From assembly GCA_035389045.1 (NCBI GenBank), contig DAOORA010000026.1, forward strand, positions 1-52,526: 52,526 nucleotides of DNA, in the 5' to 3' direction. The position numbers and the translations under genes were made by a program. Source of the stretch: Bacteroidales bacterium. Its GTDB lineage: Bacteria > Bacteroidota > Bacteroidia > Bacteroidales > CAIWKO01. Positions within the stretch are counted from its first letter, which is position 1; every line of letters begins with the position of its first letter. Below, piece by piece: positions 18,876 to 29,641 of this stretch. Below the pieces are notes generated by a model that was not told where the DNA came from, made no database searches, and was given only the letters and a program-made list of their open reading frames with translations.

Positions 18876-20105
18876 GTGAGCCCCTCTGAACCGGAAATAT
18901 TTTTCGCCATTCCCGCGATGAACGAAGCAGAATTTTTACCTGCCTGCCTTTCGTGTATCGAAAAACAAACTTATAAAAATATAAATGTTGTCGTTTGCGT
19001 GAACCAGCCGGAAAAGTTCAGAAATGACCCGGAAAAAAAACATATTTGCGAAAATAATGCCCGGACAATCGAATCCTTAAACGTTTTCAGCAAGTTGCCG
19101 CTTACTGTCATAGACAGGTCCTCTGAAAACAAAGGCTGGAAAGGCAAGAAACATGGTGTAGGCTGGGCACGGAAAACGGTCATGGATTATATTTCATCTG
19201 TAGCGGCAGCTGATGACATCATGATCAGTATGGATGCAGATACGGTTTTTAATCCATTTTTTTGCGAATCCATACTAAAAAATATTCATAAACACAGAAA
19301 AGCGGTGGCATTGGCTTTGCCTTATTATCACAGGCTTAAGGGAGATGAAAAAATTGACCGGGCCTTGCTTCGCTATGAGATTTATGTGCGGTACTATGCC
19401 GTTAATCTGTGGCGGATTAAAAATCCTTATTGTTTTACCGCTATAGGATCTTCGATGGCTTTACCTGTCTGGGCATACAGGGCTGTACGGGGCATTGCAC
19501 CGAAACTCAGCGGTGAGGATTTCTATTTTTTGCAGAAACTCCGTAAATTCGGCAGCATCATTGTATGGAGCGAAGAATCTACTTATCCCGCCAACCGTTA
19601 TTCCGACCGCGTATTTTTCGGTACCGGCCCGGCACTCATCAAGGGCGCAGAGAATGATTGGCAGAGCTATCCTATGTATTCTTACCAGCTTTTCGACCAG
19701 GTTAAAGATACATACGACGCATTTGATAAACTTTTTTCAGAAGATTTAGAAACACCCATGAGTAGTTTTCTATCTGAAACATTTCCGGACGAAAACATCT
19801 GGCAACCACTTCGTGATAATTTCACGAACAGGGAAAAATTTGTCAAAGCCTGCACAGAAAAAATTGATGGGCTTAGAATTCTGCAATATCTGAAATCGAA
19901 ACAAAAGGTGACGGGAAACGATGCTGTGTTTGTTTCTGCATATCTGAAAAAATTTCACCGGCAGGAACTGACTGCGCTTGATTTTGATATCAATGAATTG
20001 AATTTTGAAAATTCTTCGATTGAAGAACTCAATATTCTCAGAGAACTGCTGGCGCAGATCGAAAATTCGTACAGGAAGAAATTCATTGTTATTGATTGGT
20101 GGTAA
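18876..20105 (+). CDS. Glycosyltransferase family 2 (GT-A) protein
   Basis: AIPAMNE, GVGWARK, DAD (DxD) and GEDFYFLQKL motifs; GTG start. Confidence 0.85.
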   Translation: MSPSEPEIFFAIPAMNEAEFLPACLSCIEKQTYKNINVVVCVNQPEKFRNDPEKKHICENNARTIESLNVFSKLPLTVIDRSSENKGWKGKKHGVGWARKTVMDYISSVAAADDIMISMDADTVFNPFFCESILKNIHKHRKAVALALPYYHRLKGDEKIDRALLRYEIYVRYYAVNLWRIKNPYCFTAIGSSMALPVWAYRAVRGIAPKLSGEDFYFLQKLRKFGSIIVWSEESTYPANRYSDRVFFGTGPALIKGAENDWQSYPMYSYQLFDQVKDTYDAFDKLFSEDLETPMSSFLSETFPDENIWQPLRDNFTNREKFVKACTEKIDGLRILQYLKSKQKVTGNDAVFVSAYLKKFHRQELTALDFDINELNFENSSIEELNILRELLAQIENSYRKKFIVIDWW

Positions 20106-20191
20106 AACCATAGAGTAGTAACTGTCATATGACAGACGATAATTTCAAGGCACACATCCAGCAGTTTGGGCATGCCTTGAATGCGATAAAA

Positions 20192-20223
20192 CAGAAACAG
20201 CGGCTTTGCAACCGCTGATTCTG
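20192..20223 (-). terminator. Intrinsic terminator of the RRM gene (possibly bidirectional)
   Basis: Stem CAGAAACAGCGG / CCGCTGATTCTG with one mismatch, followed by TTTT on the minus strand, between convergent genes. Confidence 0.6.
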
Positions 20224-20273
20224 GAGTAGGAGTATTAGTTTTAGAAAAGAGAATTTATATTCTTACACAATAA

Positions 20274-20585
20274 TTATTCGTTATTTCTGTAATTATTATT
20301 TCTTCTGAAATTTTCTCTTCTGTTGTTTCTTTGTTCGCCTTCTTTTCTTTCGATCGATTGATTAACAGTGATGTTTCTGCCTTTCACATCCTTACCATTG
20401 AGGTCATCAATAGCCTGTTGTGCCTGAGCGTCATCAGGCATTTCCACAAAGCCAAAACCTTTGCTTCTTCCCGAGTATTTATCAGTAATGATCTTAACTG
20501 AGGCTACTTGTCCATACTCTTCAAAAATTTTTTGTAATTCATCTTCAGTCATACCGTAATGAAGATTTCCAGCGTAAATTTTCAT
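20274..20585 (-). CDS. RRM-domain RNA-binding protein
   Basis: RNP2 IYAGNL, RNP1 KGFGFVEM and an Arg/Asn-rich tail. Minus-strand TATCTTTG at 20622-20629 upstream. Confidence 0.95.
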   Translation of the reverse strand: MKIYAGNLHYGMTEDELQKIFEEYGQVASVKIITDKYSGRSKGFGFVEMPDDAQAQQAIDDLNGKDVKGRNITVNQSIERKEGEQRNNRRENFRRNNNYRNNE

Positions 20586-20727
20586 AATGCAATAATTAAT
20601 TTTAATTGGTTATTAACATCACAAAGATAAAATATTTTTTAACAACAACTATTAATTATAAACAATTTTCTTTTTTTCAGGTAATTAATAAGTAGTGTTA
20701 ATGATTTGCGAAATGGATGCCCGGCTG

Positions 20728-21900
20728 TTAATACTGTGCAATTCCGTAAATAAGCTGATGAATTTTTTCAACCTGTGTTTCCCAATTAAAATTTTTTAAA
20801 ACAAAACGATGACCGCCATCGGAAATTTTTTGGTACATAGCAGTATCTTTCAGCAGCAAGACTATCTTACTTGCATAATCCTCTGCCGAATATCCCACAA
20901 GTATTTCACTGTCTTCATTGGCCAGTAGGGCATTATTGGCTAATCCCGATGTGATACAGGGCAACTTCATTGCCATCGCTTCAAGAAGTTTGTTCTGCAG
21001 TCCCGTTCCAATTTGCATGGGAGCAACAAAAACCCTCGAACGGGCATAACAATCACGCATATCTTCAACCCAACCACTTACAGTAACATCATCAGAAGCA
21101 AGTTTCTGAACTCTTTTGTGCGGATCTGCGCCGGCAATGAGAATCTTTACCACCGGAATTTTATTTTTCAAAAGAGGCAATACATTCTTTACCAGATATT
21201 CAACACTGTCCACATTCGGAGAATAATTCATATTTCCTGTAAAAAGAAGGTCGTATTCCTTCTTACATTCGTATGGCTTGAAGAAATCGGTATCCACACC
21301 GTTAGGAATAACATGAATTTTATGTTTATCCGAATGGTTGATCGCATCTCTGTCCGGTATCGAAATAATACATTTATTGTCAAATTTATCAAAAATATAC
21401 CTTTCGTACTTTTCCACACGCTTCGCTTCAATACGCAGGAATGGCTTCATAAAAAAAGAGGCTTTGGTCGACAAACGTTCGGCTCCTTTTGAAAAAACGT
21501 CTTGATAATCGAGCGTTTTAGAAATCGGGATATCTTTTACATATTCCGTAACCCTGATCAACTGACAAAAAATATGATCAGGTTTTATCTCATCAATTTT
21601 CCTGTGAATCTGCTCTTTAATTTTTTTATTAAAAAAGAATCCTGCCTGCATAGGTATTCCTGAAAAAATCGCCCTGAGAATACCTGCATAAATATTTTTT
21701 TTTGTCAATTTCGCAATAGACACAGATTTGCAGAATTCAGATAATTTTTTTACCGCATCAGGATGTAAATGTGTGTCATTAAGGCAAAACAAATAAATAT
21801 CATAGTATTTCGAAAGACAACGTATATGATTATATGCACGCAGTTTATCACCTTTTTCAAGCGGGTAAGGCACTCGCGATAATAGCACAAACAATTTCAT
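20728..21900 (-). CDS. Glycosyltransferase family 4 (GT-B)
   Basis: PYPLEKGDKLR, IPNGVD, FTGNMNYSPN and GLQNKLLEAMAMKLP motifs. Confidence 0.9.
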   Translation of the reverse strand: MKLFVLLSRVPYPLEKGDKLRAYNHIRCLSKYYDIYLFCLNDTHLHPDAVKKLSEFCKSVSIAKLTKKNIYAGILRAIFSGIPMQAGFFFNKKIKEQIHRKIDEIKPDHIFCQLIRVTEYVKDIPISKTLDYQDVFSKGAERLSTKASFFMKPFLRIEAKRVEKYERYIFDKFDNKCIISIPDRDAINHSDKHKIHVIPNGVDTDFFKPYECKKEYDLLFTGNMNYSPNVDSVEYLVKNVLPLLKNKIPVVKILIAGADPHKRVQKLASDDVTVSGWVEDMRDCYARSRVFVAPMQIGTGLQNKLLEAMAMKLPCITSGLANNALLANEDSEILVGYSAEDYASKIVLLLKDTAMYQKISDGGHRFVLKNFNWETQVEKIHQLIYGIAQY

Positions 21901-22028
21901 CCGGAAAATTTGCAGTAAAATTATCTATTATTTTATAATGACAAAATTTTTATCCGCTAATTCCGGAATTTAACACTCCGCCGTTCAATAATAACAGGAA
22001 GTTCATAAATCTCATCAGAAACTTATTT

Positions 22029-23231
22029 CTAAGTATTGAGTAATAAATGATAAAGGTTTACCAGGTTGTTGGTGGTGACCGAAATATCGTATTCTTTTTC
22101 AATTAGGTTACGGGCATTTTGGCCTATTTCAGCACAAAGTTCAGGTTTTTCAATACACAGTCTGAATCTTTCTGCGAAAGTTTCGGGGGTATCAGCTATC
22201 AGAATATTTTTACCATCAGAATAATTAATTCCCTCAGCACCTACTGAAGTAGAAATTATTGTTTTGCCCAGAGCCATTCCTTCGATGATCTTTACCCTGA
22301 CACCGCTGCCCGAAAGCAATGGAACAAACATCACTGTTTTTGATTGCATAAATTCAGATGCATCCTCAACCTCGCCTACCACATGCATATTTGGGAATTT
22401 AAAGGAATATATCCATGAAGGCATGTTTCTGCCGGCCAGGTAAATGCTTGTCTGCGGAAAAATTTTTGAAATCATGGGCATACATTTCTCAAGAAACCAC
22501 CTGATAGCCTCCTGGTTGGGCATCCAGTCCATTGAACCCAGATGAAAAAAAGAGGGTTGCCCGTTATGCACTGAATTATTAGGGTATTTATTAAATTCCA
22601 GTCCGAAAGGTATTGTCAAAACTGGAATGGAAATACCGGCGTTTCTAATATATTTTTCGTCCACACTGGTGATGGCCGCAATGCCATTTACCTTTTCAAA
22701 TACGGACATTTCATAATCCTGGAGTTTGCGGGTGAGATAGATAAGATATTTTCGTTTCAACGGGTTTCGTACGGTATTGGCATACCGGTACCAGATAAGA
22801 TGTTCAATATTATGCGAACGCAGAACAATTTTTGCCTTGCTGTATTTTCGGATAATATCAATATATGGAGTAACATATATAGTTTCAAGCTGAACAATAT
22901 CAAAGTTTTTACTTTCTAATATATGGATCAGAGTATTTCTGAATTCGGGCGAGACGAACCGTTCAATATGATAGGATTTTGGTGAAAACAGGTTTAAAAA
23001 TGCGTCCAGATATTTAACACGTGTATCAACAAAAACAGTGGTAAAATTAGTTTTGTAACGGTAATCAACCGGCAATGTATCGACATCCACATTAAATTTA
23101 AATGTATTCATCGTGATGATATCCACATGGTGATTCTGCATCATCAGACCGTTACCCATGTTGTACATAGCTATCGGGCCACCTTCTTTCGGCGGATATG
23201 GTGATTTGTTACATATTTGCAATATATTCAT
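22029..23231 (-). CDS. Glycosyltransferase family 4 (GT-B)
   Basis: PYPPKEGG, HNIEH, GSMDWMPN and GSGVRVKIIEGMALGK motifs. Start directly abuts the lptF/G stop. Confidence 0.9.
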   Translation of the reverse strand: MNILQICNKSPYPPKEGGPIAMYNMGNGLMMQNHHVDIITMNTFKFNVDVDTLPVDYRYKTNFTTVFVDTRVKYLDAFLNLFSPKSYHIERFVSPEFRNTLIHILESKNFDIVQLETIYVTPYIDIIRKYSKAKIVLRSHNIEHLIWYRYANTVRNPLKRKYLIYLTRKLQDYEMSVFEKVNGIAAITSVDEKYIRNAGISIPVLTIPFGLEFNKYPNNSVHNGQPSFFHLGSMDWMPNQEAIRWFLEKCMPMISKIFPQTSIYLAGRNMPSWIYSFKFPNMHVVGEVEDASEFMQSKTVMFVPLLSGSGVRVKIIEGMALGKTIISTSVGAEGINYSDGKNILIADTPETFAERFRLCIEKPELCAEIGQNARNLIEKEYDISVTTNNLVNLYHLLLNT

Positions 23232-24683
23232 TTATGTTGTTTTTTTTGATAACAGCGCCCGTTTAATAGTGTTTACAACCCTGTTAAGTATTATTGACCA
23301 CCAGTCAAGACTCATAATGCGGGAATCGGTGCTTGCACTGTAAGTAAGCAGAATGCCGACAGGTAAAAAGACCAAGGTAGGCAACCACATTCCCTGATAA
23401 ACAGGAATAACGCCTTCCCTGGCAAATTTTTCGCCCGTCATTGAAATAACATGAAAAATAATAAAAAATATGGTAGAAAACACCACCGGCAATCCTAGTC
23501 CTCCTTTTCGGATTATTGCTCCCAATGGTGCACCAATAAAAAAAAGGATAAGACAGGCCACAGAAAGTGTAAACTTTCGGTACCATTCAATATCATGGCG
23601 GGCAATCACCTCATCTTTACTGCTGAGCTCTTTTTCGAAATAGTCTAATTGCTGATATATTTCCCTCGTTTTATTTAATGCCAGATCCACCATAGCCACT
23701 TGCTCCTGTTTTGAAAAATTTGAAATGAAATCATTTTTCATCGGCCTTGGAGCATTAGTAACAGAGTATTTGGATGTATCTGCCTTATTGTAAAATTGAA
23801 AATTATTGACTATGTAATTATTCATTACCCGTTCCCGTCGCACCTTACGGCCGACCAGCGTATCAATGGCTTCCCTGAGCTGATTCAGATTGAGCATCTG
23901 ATAATTGTCCTTGAACAAGTCTTCCTTACTGCGTATCATATTCAGTTCGGAAAGGTCTATCCTGCGGGTCTCCTCTTCAAAGTGGGTGCGTTGCATAGAC
24001 TTATTAACACGGCGCTCCCTTGTAGATACGGGTTCATAATAATTATAGCCATCGTATAATGTAAAGGTTAATGTTTTTTTATCAGGAGTGGTCATCATTT
24101 TTCCTCTTTCAGCAAGTGTCGCATTAATATTACCCATATCCTCCGTGTGATCAAATATCATTACATTTGATATATCCACACCATTTCGGTCTTTTTTACC
24201 GATACGGATCACATAGCCCTGAAGTTCACTGTAAAAGACACCTTCATTAATATTCAGCGCCGGTTTTTTTTCCCTGATATCAAATAAAAGTACCCCATAC
24301 TTTAGATTGGCGATGGGAAGGACATTGTTGGAAAAATAAAATGCACAACCACTGAGAAGAATAATAAATACAACCAGGGGCATCATAGTTTTCCGGAATG
24401 ATATTCCGGCTGCTTTGATGGCTACCAGTTCAGAATGTTCTCCAAGATTTCCAAAGGTCATCAGTGAGGCCAGCAAAACAGCCAGCGGTAAGGCCATCGG
24501 GACAAAAGTCGCAGAGGCATAAAATAATAATTCCACAAGAACGTACCATTCAAAACCCTTTCCAACCATATCATCCACATACTTCCATAAAAATTGCATT
24601 AGAAGTATGAACAAGGCAATGAAGAATGTTAGCACCATGGGGCCAAGAAAAGATTTCAGCACAAAAAAATATATCTTCTTCAT
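23232..24683 (-). CDS. LptF/LptG family LPS export permease
   Basis: QFLWKYVDDMVGKG, PMALPLAVLLASLMTFGNLGEHSELVAIKAAGIS and GAPLGAIIRKGG. ATG 24683 is supported by an upstream TACTTTTG at 24698-24705. Confidence 0.92.
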   Translation of the reverse strand: MKKIYFFVLKSFLGPMVLTFFIALFILLMQFLWKYVDDMVGKGFEWYVLVELLFYASATFVPMALPLAVLLASLMTFGNLGEHSELVAIKAAGISFRKTMMPLVVFIILLSGCAFYFSNNVLPIANLKYGVLLFDIREKKPALNINEGVFYSELQGYVIRIGKKDRNGVDISNVMIFDHTEDMGNINATLAERGKMMTTPDKKTLTFTLYDGYNYYEPVSTRERRVNKSMQRTHFEEETRRIDLSELNMIRSKEDLFKDNYQMLNLNQLREAIDTLVGRKVRRERVMNNYIVNNFQFYNKADTSKYSVTNAPRPMKNDFISNFSKQEQVAMVDLALNKTREIYQQLDYFEKELSSKDEVIARHDIEWYRKFTLSVACLILFFIGAPLGAIIRKGGLGLPVVFSTIFFIIFHVISMTGEKFAREGVIPVYQGMWLPTLVFLPVGILLTYSASTDSRIMSLDWWSIILNRVVNTIKRALLSKKTT

Positions 24684-24762
24684 TGGTTTACTTAATGCAA
24701 AAGTAGGTCTTTTAAGCGAACTCCGTCTCTGTCGGATTACCATTTATGAACAATGCAAGAAA

Positions 24763-26928
24763 TTATTTAACCAGTGTCATTTCATCAATAAGTCGCTGCG
24801 CACCGGCATATTTGTCAATTATAAACAGGCAGTAACGAATGTCCAGCGAAATATTCCTGCACATTTTTTCTTCAAAAACGATGTCACTCATGGTTCCTTC
24901 CCAAACTCTGTCGAAGTTAATGCCGATCAAATGCCCTTCCGCATTTAATACCGGACTGCCCGAATTGCCACCCGTGGTGTGATTTGTTGCAATAAAAGCC
25001 ACATGCATCGTGCCATCCTTATCACCATAAATACCATAATCATTGTTTCTATACAAATTTTTTAACTTGTCATCAACTTTATAGTCATATACGGTAGAGT
25101 CTTCTTTTTCCATTACGCCGGTAAGCTTCGTATAATAATTATATTCCACTCCGTCACGCGGAACGAACCCGCTTACTTTTCCATAAGCAACCCGTAACGT
25201 AGAGTTGGCATCAGGATAGAATTTCTTTTCAGGCAGCATTTCCATCAGGCCCTGCATATAAATCCGGTATAATTCACCTGCCTGCATCTGAAATTCATCA
25301 TTTATTGATCTCAGATTATTACGGTAAAAATTATATATGCTTTTTGATAATACATATATGGGATCTTTCTCTATTTCTTTTGTTTTCGATGGCTGATAGT
25401 GATTCAAAAACTCAGCCACATTTTCTGCATCCGTCAAAAAAGATTTTTTAAAAAGCTCATCAGCATATTTCTTCAGATCACCATTATATTTTGTTCCTGC
25501 TTTAACAATCTCATCGGGGATCATCGTTTTGTCAAGTCCATGGTAATAAATTCCAAGCAGGATCCCGGCCAGTTCATGGTCAATTCTGCTGTCATAATTT
25601 TTGAAAAAACCGTCCGAATAGTTTTTTAAGCGGTCAATATAATTATTTATTTCAGAATCATTCTGTTTCTTGTTATTGCTTAATTTGACAAGTTGCTCAA
25701 ATGAACTTGCATACCTGACTATTTCAACGCCCAGACCTGCTTCAAAAAAATATTCCAGCGCCAGATTACTTGTGCCATACTTTTCATAAAGGTCCCTGAA
25801 TCTGGTCATAAGCAACCCATACTTATTCTTACGGTCATCAGTTTGCTGCGCCCAATTCGCAAACTGCTCTTCAAGTTTCTGCTTTTCAGCAATGATATTG
25901 GTGCGTTTCACACCTTTGTTTTCACCAATCATTTTCTTATAATAATTTTCTATACCGAAATATTTGGATGAATACTGGATACGTGTCTTTTTGCCGGCTT
26001 CCATGTATTTTCTGATCACATCAAGTTTTTTTTGTCTGATGTTTATTGTAATTGGATTCTCATAGTTGACGATACGGTCAACAGCATACGAAACAAGGTA
26101 TTCATTCGTAGTTCCGGGATACCCGAAAACGAATGTAAAATCGTCAGGCTTCACTCCTTTCAGGGAAATGGGAAGATAATAAGGCGGCTTGTAAGGAATA
26201 TTGTCTCTGGAATATGTGGCAGGGTTATTATCTTTATCCGCGTATATCCTGAAAACAGAAAAATCTCCGGTGTGTCTCGGCCACATCCAGTTGTCGGTGT
26301 CACCGCCAAATTTTCCGATCCCCGAAGGCGGAGCTCCAACCAGCCTCACATCTTTAAATATCCGCGAGATAATCAAAATATACTGGTTCCCGTAATAGAA
26401 TGATTCGACCGTAACTTCATAACTGGCATCTTTAGCCTTCTCTTTTACAAGAGTTTCGATATGCAATGCAATGAGGGCATTTCGTTTCTCAGCTGTCATC
26501 CCGTCAGAGATGTCTTTCAATACGATTTCTGTGACATCTTCCATATAAGTTAATATCGACACGGTCAGTTTCGGATTCGGAAGTTCTTCCTCAAAAGAAG
26601 AAGCCCAGAAACCGTTGGTCAGATAATCCTGTTCCACTGAACTGTGAGCCTGTATAGCGCTGTAACCACAGTGGTGATTGGTTAAAATCAAACCCTTATC
26701 CGAAACAAGTTCGGCTGTGCATCCGCCGCCAAACAAACAAATAGCATCTTTCATACTGGGTTTGTTCAGATTAAAAATATCATCTGCAGAAATCTTCATA
26801 CCCAGGCGTTTCATCTCTGCTTCAGGTCCCTGTGAAAGAAGGATTGGAATCCACATTCCTTCGTCAGCAACAGCTCGAAAAAAAGTAATCATAAATAAGA
26901 ATATAACAAATAGCTTTTTCATGTTCAT
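24763..26928 (-). CDS. S46 family dipeptidyl peptidase, DPP11-like (Asp/Glu-specific)
   Basis: Signal peptide plus ADEGMW, TNHHC, GDTDNWMWPRHTGDF and catalytic TTGGNSGSPV. FDR (Arg) after the catalytic Ser is the DPP11 pattern; DPP7 has FDG. Confidence 0.9.
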   Translation of the reverse strand: MNMKKLFVIFLFMITFFRAVADEGMWIPILLSQGPEAEMKRLGMKISADDIFNLNKPSMKDAICLFGGGCTAELVSDKGLILTNHHCGYSAIQAHSSVEQDYLTNGFWASSFEEELPNPKLTVSILTYMEDVTEIVLKDISDGMTAEKRNALIALHIETLVKEKAKDASYEVTVESFYYGNQYILIISRIFKDVRLVGAPPSGIGKFGGDTDNWMWPRHTGDFSVFRIYADKDNNPATYSRDNIPYKPPYYLPISLKGVKPDDFTFVFGYPGTTNEYLVSYAVDRIVNYENPITINIRQKKLDVIRKYMEAGKKTRIQYSSKYFGIENYYKKMIGENKGVKRTNIIAEKQKLEEQFANWAQQTDDRKNKYGLLMTRFRDLYEKYGTSNLALEYFFEAGLGVEIVRYASSFEQLVKLSNNKKQNDSEINNYIDRLKNYSDGFFKNYDSRIDHELAGILLGIYYHGLDKTMIPDEIVKAGTKYNGDLKKYADELFKKSFLTDAENVAEFLNHYQPSKTKEIEKDPIYVLSKSIYNFYRNNLRSINDEFQMQAGELYRIYMQGLMEMLPEKKFYPDANSTLRVAYGKVSGFVPRDGVEYNYYTKLTGVMEKEDSTVYDYKVDDKLKNLYRNNDYGIYGDKDGTMHVAFIATNHTTGGNSGSPVLNAEGHLIGINFDRVWEGTMSDIVFEEKMCRNISLDIRYCLFIIDKYAGAQRLIDEMTLVK

Positions 26929-27255
26929 TTTATTTAATTATGGATATTATTTTTGAAATAAGGTTATTTGCTGTAATAATATTGAAGTAAACTGAATAAA
27001 AATCAAAAACATCAATTTTAACAGATTGAAAGCTAATTTTATCATGAAATGTAAAACCAATATCTCATCTTTTTCAAAACGTCATTAAAAACATTAAATA
27101 AATACTCTTAAGCACTTTACATTTAAGGTGGTTATTTTTATCCATACGAAACGGACTTCGGCAATTACTATTTACAAAACGTACATATTACAAATTTTAA
27201 AGCCAGCTTTATTACAACACATCTGCTATAGAGTAAATATAGATACTTCATTGAG

Positions 27256-27636
27256 TCACTCTTTTATAGCAATCACCGATATCTCTATCTTAGCATCTTT
27301 TGGTAAACGGGCTGCCTGAACTGTTTCACGTGCAGGAGGCTCCGAAGAAAAATACAAACTGTATATTTCATTCACTCTGGCAAAATCGTTCATATCAGCA
27401 AGAAAAATGCTGGTCTTCACAATATTTGAAAAATCCATCCCTGCCTCGCTGAGTAATTTAGAGATGTTCTCCAGCACTTGACGGGTGTGCGCTTCAATAT
27501 CGCCCTCGATCATTTGTCCGGTCTGAGGATTTATTGGAATTTGTCCGGAAACATATAGTATTCCGTTGGTAAGAATCGCCTGGCTGTATGGTCCAATTGG
27601 CGCCGGTGCCCCAGGTATATTGATAGTTTTTTTCAT
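27256..27636 (-). CDS. ridA: RidA family enamine/imine deaminase
   Basis: APAPIGPYSQA, SGQIP, N..Y..YF...PPARETV (catalytic Arg) and LPKDAKIEI. ATG 27636 preferred; TATTTTTG at 27681-27688 upstream. Confidence 0.93.
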   Translation of the reverse strand: MKKTINIPGAPAPIGPYSQAILTNGILYVSGQIPINPQTGQMIEGDIEAHTRQVLENISKLLSEAGMDFSNIVKTSIFLADMNDFARVNEIYSLYFSSEPPARETVQAARLPKDAKIEISVIAIKE

Positions 27637-27765
27637 TAATGATGTATTAATGTTATGTAAATAGTGAGCTAAGAATTTCACAAAAATAGTTAAATATCAA
27701 ATGAAATAATAACGGTATTTTCATAAAAAATTATTATTATTGTCAAAAAATCAAAAATCAATATT

Positions 27766-28743
27766 ATGCCACTTATCCTTAACCGAAATGATGTTGCAGC
27801 AGTCCTTGATATGAAAGACTGCATGATTGTTGTCGAAAAAGCTTTTGCAGAACTTGCCAATGGAACTGCTTTTCTGCCATTGCGTATTGGTATTACTCCT
27901 CCTGATGGACTGGCATTATATATGCCCGCCTATCTCCAAGAAATGGGTGCACTTGCCTGCAAGGTTGTAACCGTATACAAAAACAATCCCGCCAGATTTA
28001 ATATACCAACAACAATCGGAAAAGTTTTGGTTCAGGATCCTTTAACAGGTAATGTTGTGTGTATCATGGACGGTGGCTACCTCACCGCTGTACGTACAGG
28101 CGCTGTAAGTGGTGTTGCGACAAAATTACTGGCACGCCCTGATGAAGGACAGATAGCTGGAATATTCGGAGCCGGGGTACAGGCAAAAATGCAGTTATGG
28201 GCAGTATCTGAAGCCCGTAAACTTTCAAAAGCATTTGTATATGATGTTTTTACTGATGCATCTGAAAAATTTGCTGATGAAATGAGTAATAAACTCGGCC
28301 TTATGGTCGAAATTGCCCGAAGCCCTGAAGAACTTATCCAAACGGATATCATCTGTACAGCTACATCCTCAGCAGTGCCATTGTTCGATGGGAACAAAAT
28401 TAAAAACGGAACACATATCAATGGCATCGGAAGCCACACTCCTAACGCCAGGGAGCTGGATACAGCTATCGTAAAACGCTCAAAATTTATCGGAGACTCA
28501 AAAGAAGCATGCTTTAAAGAGGCCGGAGATATTATGATTCCCATTGCTGAAGGCGCAATTAATGAAGATCACTTTTATGCGGAACTGGGTGAAATTATTA
28601 CAGGCAAAAAAAACGGACGAACCCATCAGGATGAAATCACATTATTCAAGTCGAACGGACTGGCTATACAGGATGCGGCTACGGCCAGGCTGATTTATGA
28701 TAAAGCTCTGGAGGCAGGTATTGGCATAAATATCGATTTCTGA
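27766..28743 (+). CDS. Ornithine cyclodeaminase / mu-crystallin family protein
   Basis: KVVTVY..N, LTAVRTGA, GAGVQA, GTHINGIGS..P..RELD and FKSNGLAIQDAATA. Confidence 0.92.
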   Translation: MPLILNRNDVAAVLDMKDCMIVVEKAFAELANGTAFLPLRIGITPPDGLALYMPAYLQEMGALACKVVTVYKNNPARFNIPTTIGKVLVQDPLTGNVVCIMDGGYLTAVRTGAVSGVATKLLARPDEGQIAGIFGAGVQAKMQLWAVSEARKLSKAFVYDVFTDASEKFADEMSNKLGLMVEIARSPEELIQTDIICTATSSAVPLFDGNKIKNGTHINGIGSHTPNARELDTAIVKRSKFIGDSKEACFKEAGDIMIPIAEGAINEDHFYAELGEIITGKKNGRTHQDEITLFKSNGLAIQDAATARLIYDKALEAGIGINIDF

Positions 28744-29610
28744 AAATCATTATAATTGCCTAAAGCAATCGTCTCATCCGATCATTTCGAACAAATTCTT
28801 TTAATCGAAATTTGTTAAACATAGGTGCTAAATGATCAAATTATTTCCTGCATATCTTTATACAGACCACCTATCACAAGTATATTGTTCAGTAAAAAAG
28901 GACAATTTTCATGTCATTCACTTTAAAAAAAATTGTTAGACGAAGTTGATATTCAGAATCTATAAATATTTACCGGATGATTTGATCTAGATGCATACCG
29001 GACTGAAAATGGCAAACATCACCCACATTTTATACCCGAGCAATAAAATTTGATTAAGATTCTCTTCAGAAAAGATATACCGAAAATATAAATTTTGAAT
29101 TTGTGGTGGTGTTGAAACATTCTCACAGAAAGTATTTTAGTGTGACGGTATACACTGCTCATTGGCAGGCAATCAGTTCAAAAATTAAATTTTTGTGTAT
29201 AAATAAACAAACAATTTTTGATGACTTTATGATAAAAAAGAGTTTTTTTCAAGACAAAAAAATAAAACTCCAGATAAAACATGTAGCCATTAAATATTTT
29301 TTGTTAATCTTTTATATTTTTTATTTAAAATATTATTATATTATTTAAAAAAATCGAAAGTGTTTTGTAAATATATTTATAAAAAAAATGTAATAATTTT
29401 TGAAATTAATACACGATTTTTGAAAACCGGCAAAAAAAGAACCGGTTTTACCCAACCATCCTGTATTGCCTGTCAATTAAGGGAAAAACGATAATTAAAC
29501 TGTAGCTTAAATAAATACCATATTGGTTATCAATATGTTAATTTTTTTGTAAGGTAAAATATTTACTTTAAGTATTTTAGCTTTATTTCAAAATAAAATA
29601 TTTTTTTTTC

Positions 29611-29641
29611 TTGACTTTTATGAAATCATCATCTATATTTG
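29611..29641 (+). promoter_or_regulatory. Bacteroidota sigma-A promoter of the giant surface-protein operon
   Basis: TTG (29611-29613), 20-nt spacer, then TATATTTG (29634-29641). Confidence 0.65.

Noticed and set aside
288..28544. Short ORFs overlapping the annotated metabolic genes (e.g. 288-704, 14499-14828, 21013-21492, 28077-28544)
   Set aside because: They overlap well-supported genes, mostly antisense, and have no recognisable motifs.
29103..29348. 81-aa ORF in the AT-rich intergenic region
   Set aside because: GTG start, low-complexity K/I/F/Y composition expected from AT-rich DNA, no motif.
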